Assembly (NCBI GenBank): GCA_964016885.1
Contig: OZ024742.1
Span: 16,740,001 to 16,804,000, forward strand
Length of the DNA: 64,000 nucleotides
DNA from: Eledone cirrhosa
Taxonomy: Eukaryota
Reading direction: 5' to 3'
This document shows positions 61,802 to 64,000 of the stretch, in pieces. The notes under the pieces are model-generated. The model made no database searches. It saw nothing but the letters and a program-made list of their open reading frames with translations, and was not told the DNA's origin. How positions within the stretch are numbered: the stretch's first letter is position 1; the number at the start of each line of letters is the position of its first letter. The position numbers and the translations under genes were made by a program.

Positions 61802-61840
61802 GTACTAATAATAAATCTTTGCTCTATGGGTTTATATATA

Positions 61841-61966
<126 letters not shown>

Positions 61967-62236
61967 AAGAGGACGTGGGCCCCCCCTGCGTCGGGCCCAT
62001 TAACCGCGTCCTCCTAAAAAACTATCCCACCCCCTCCCCAAACACCCACACAACTCCAAGCTCCCCAACCACACAACACACTGATGCCCCCACACTTCCA
62101 CAAACCACCACCCCACCCAACAACCCATCCCCCACCCTAATGGAAATTGTGCAGCCCGATACCCGGGACGCAGAGAGGTAAGTGCCTTTTCTCTTCACCA
62201 CCAACATGGCTATGCTAAGAGTATGCTGTTTAAGCA

Positions 62237-63250
62237 ATGCTTCTAAATGACCTCAGGTCACAACGTATAGACGTGATGGTTATTTGCGAGGCCCGGATCA
62301 GCAACGTGCGACAGCTGGCCCCCACCTTTGAAGACTTTGAGATGCACGCATCTCTCTGTCAGCTCGGAGGTGGGGGTGGAGTTGTCGTTCTGCTGCAAAA
62401 ACATCTGGGTCTCGCAACACAGATGGTACATTTGGACCCGGAGGGTCGACTAGTGGTTCTGGACCTTGGCAGTGGTAAAGGCGGAGCGTTTAGGTTGGTA
62501 GCCGCCTACGGCCCTTTCGGGTCAATGCGGCCGGACTTCTTCCATCGTCTGGAGACTTTTCTGGGGACGTCCCGCTCCTTGCTATTAGTGGGGGACTGGA
62601 ATGGTATCCTAGATGCACGCTGGGTCTACGTAGGGGCCTGCCCCGATAGAGAGGGGTGTAATAGCCTCAAAGGGTTAATCGGTCGATTTGACCTGGCCGA
62701 TAGATATCGACTAGATTTTCCGACTGCGCCAACCTGGACTTGGGCAAATCGTAGCGGATCATCTAGGTCGTACCTAGATAGGTTCTTAGTTAGAATTAAG
62801 GATAAGGACTTTTTAAGTTGTCCAAAAATGCGCATGGTTGGCTATTCAGACCACAAATTAGTGACATGCATGGTCAACCTTGACAGAACTCATAGACAGG
62901 GACCCGGTTACGGGAAGCTCAACTTGTCCTTACCGGCAAGTAAGGCTTACAGGGACCGGATTAGTACGTTAGTTAAGGAACGGTTGACTGGAGCGATCGT
63001 CAACAGCAGGTGGTGGGTATCTCTAAAGAGAGAGATTAGAGTAGTCTCGATAGAATTTAGTAAGGTTCTAGCTGCGGATAGGAATAGGAAGGAAAGGGAG
63101 CTAATAGATAGAGTAGAAGAGGCAATTAGAAGCGGCGACGTGGCCAGAGTGCTAGCGTCGAGAACGGCTTTGAGCCAGTTTTTCGACGCGAAGCACGAAG
63201 GCTGCGTTGTCCGAACGAGGGGACCAAAGCTGTTAGCTGGGCCCGCGTGA
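62237..63250 (+). pseudogene. ORF2 APE endonuclease domain; frameshifted near 63230 before the RT
   Basis: DVMVICE, GGGVVVL, EGRLV, AYGP, LLVGDWN, TW.N....SYLDRFLV, YSDHKLV. Confidence 0.88.
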
Positions 63251-64000
63251 CAGAGGCCAACAGTGGAACTAAATCCTCCATCCGGTCTTTGCGAGACCTG
63301 GATGGACGGGCGATTCTTGAGCCTAAGCAGATGTGTGAGGCCTTTCAAAGGCACTTTGCCCGACTGTTCGGGAGGGGCGGGGAGCCGGTTGGGAACGTGG
63401 ACTTCGGTCCATACCTCGACGGCCTGCCGCGCCTCTCGGACAGGGAGGCGAAGTCCTGCGAGGAGCCGATTTCGGCCGCTGAGATAGAGGACGTGCTGAG
63501 CCAATGCGGCAAACGCAAATCCCCGGGTCTCGATGGTCTTCCTTACGAATTATATCTAGCTATGCCGGACTTGTTCCCCGATCTCCTCGAGGCGGTCTAC
63601 TGCAACTGGCAACAGAACGGGAGAATTCCCTGTACTGTGACCAAGGGCGTAGTCACGCTAGTGAGGAAGGACGAGAACAAGGGGGACGAAATAAGTAACT
63701 TCAGGCCCATAACACTGCTAAATACAGAGTTACAGATTTTGGCCAAGGTGCTAGCAAAGAGGTTGGCGCTTGTCGTGGGCAACCTGGTGGGAGATGCGCA
63801 GACATGCGCTATCCCGTCCAGGTCCATCCATGACAACCTCCACCTCATGCGATACATCATAGAGAGGGTTGGGAACGAACCCGGCTTTGGTGGGGCTCTG
63901 ATCGACTTGGATCAATCTAAGGCGTTCGATAGGGTCGACCATGGTTACCTGGATGCGGTGCTAGCGGCGGCAGGCTTCGGACCCGTTTTCAGGGGCTGGA
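63250..64000 (+). pseudogene. ORF2 reverse transcriptase, N-terminal part (different frame from the endonuclease; incomplete)
   Basis: Translated by hand: KSPGLDGLPYELY (63517), NFRPITLLNTELQILAKVLAKRL, QTCAIPSRSIHDN, LIDLDQSKAFDRVDH. Confidence 0.88.

Larger units (their letters stand above)
61968..64000 (+). mobile_element. Tx1/L1-clade LINE, 5' truncated at a (TA)n tract, running off the window end
   Basis: A GC-rich block with an ORF1-like tail (to ~62181), then APE endonuclease and RT motifs. Confidence 0.9.

Overview
This is eukaryotic, repeat-dominated DNA, probably from an octopus or another cephalopod (inferred from the SINE sequences and the microsatellite load). No host protein-coding gene can be called with confidence. 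The window holds a ~28.8 kb array of a 50-bp satellite with higher-order repeats (6035-34797). It also holds four classes of retroelement: a decayed RTE LINE, a near-intact Penelope-like element (RT plus GIY-YIG), a decayed Dong/R4 RLE LINE and a Tx1/L1-type LINE. tRNA-type SINEs, RTE-derived short elements, a hAT-like MITE and many (TA)n/(CATA)n tracts fill the rest. The main hidden signal is a set of about 11 type I hammerhead ribozyme motifs, folded by hand, mostly in short non-coding modules next to (TA)n tracts. Seven of them, from four unrelated sequence families, have the compensated non-canonical core UUGANAA (U3-A8 instead of C3-G8), which CUGANGA searches miss. Two lie in a ~604-bp tandem repeat that looks like a retrozyme (circular-RNA retroelement). 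Several long palindromes are inverted duplications of hammerhead 3' halves. An orphan SPOP-like BACK-domain ORF sits in a repeat-bracketed cassette. All structures were read by eye; none was computed or tested.
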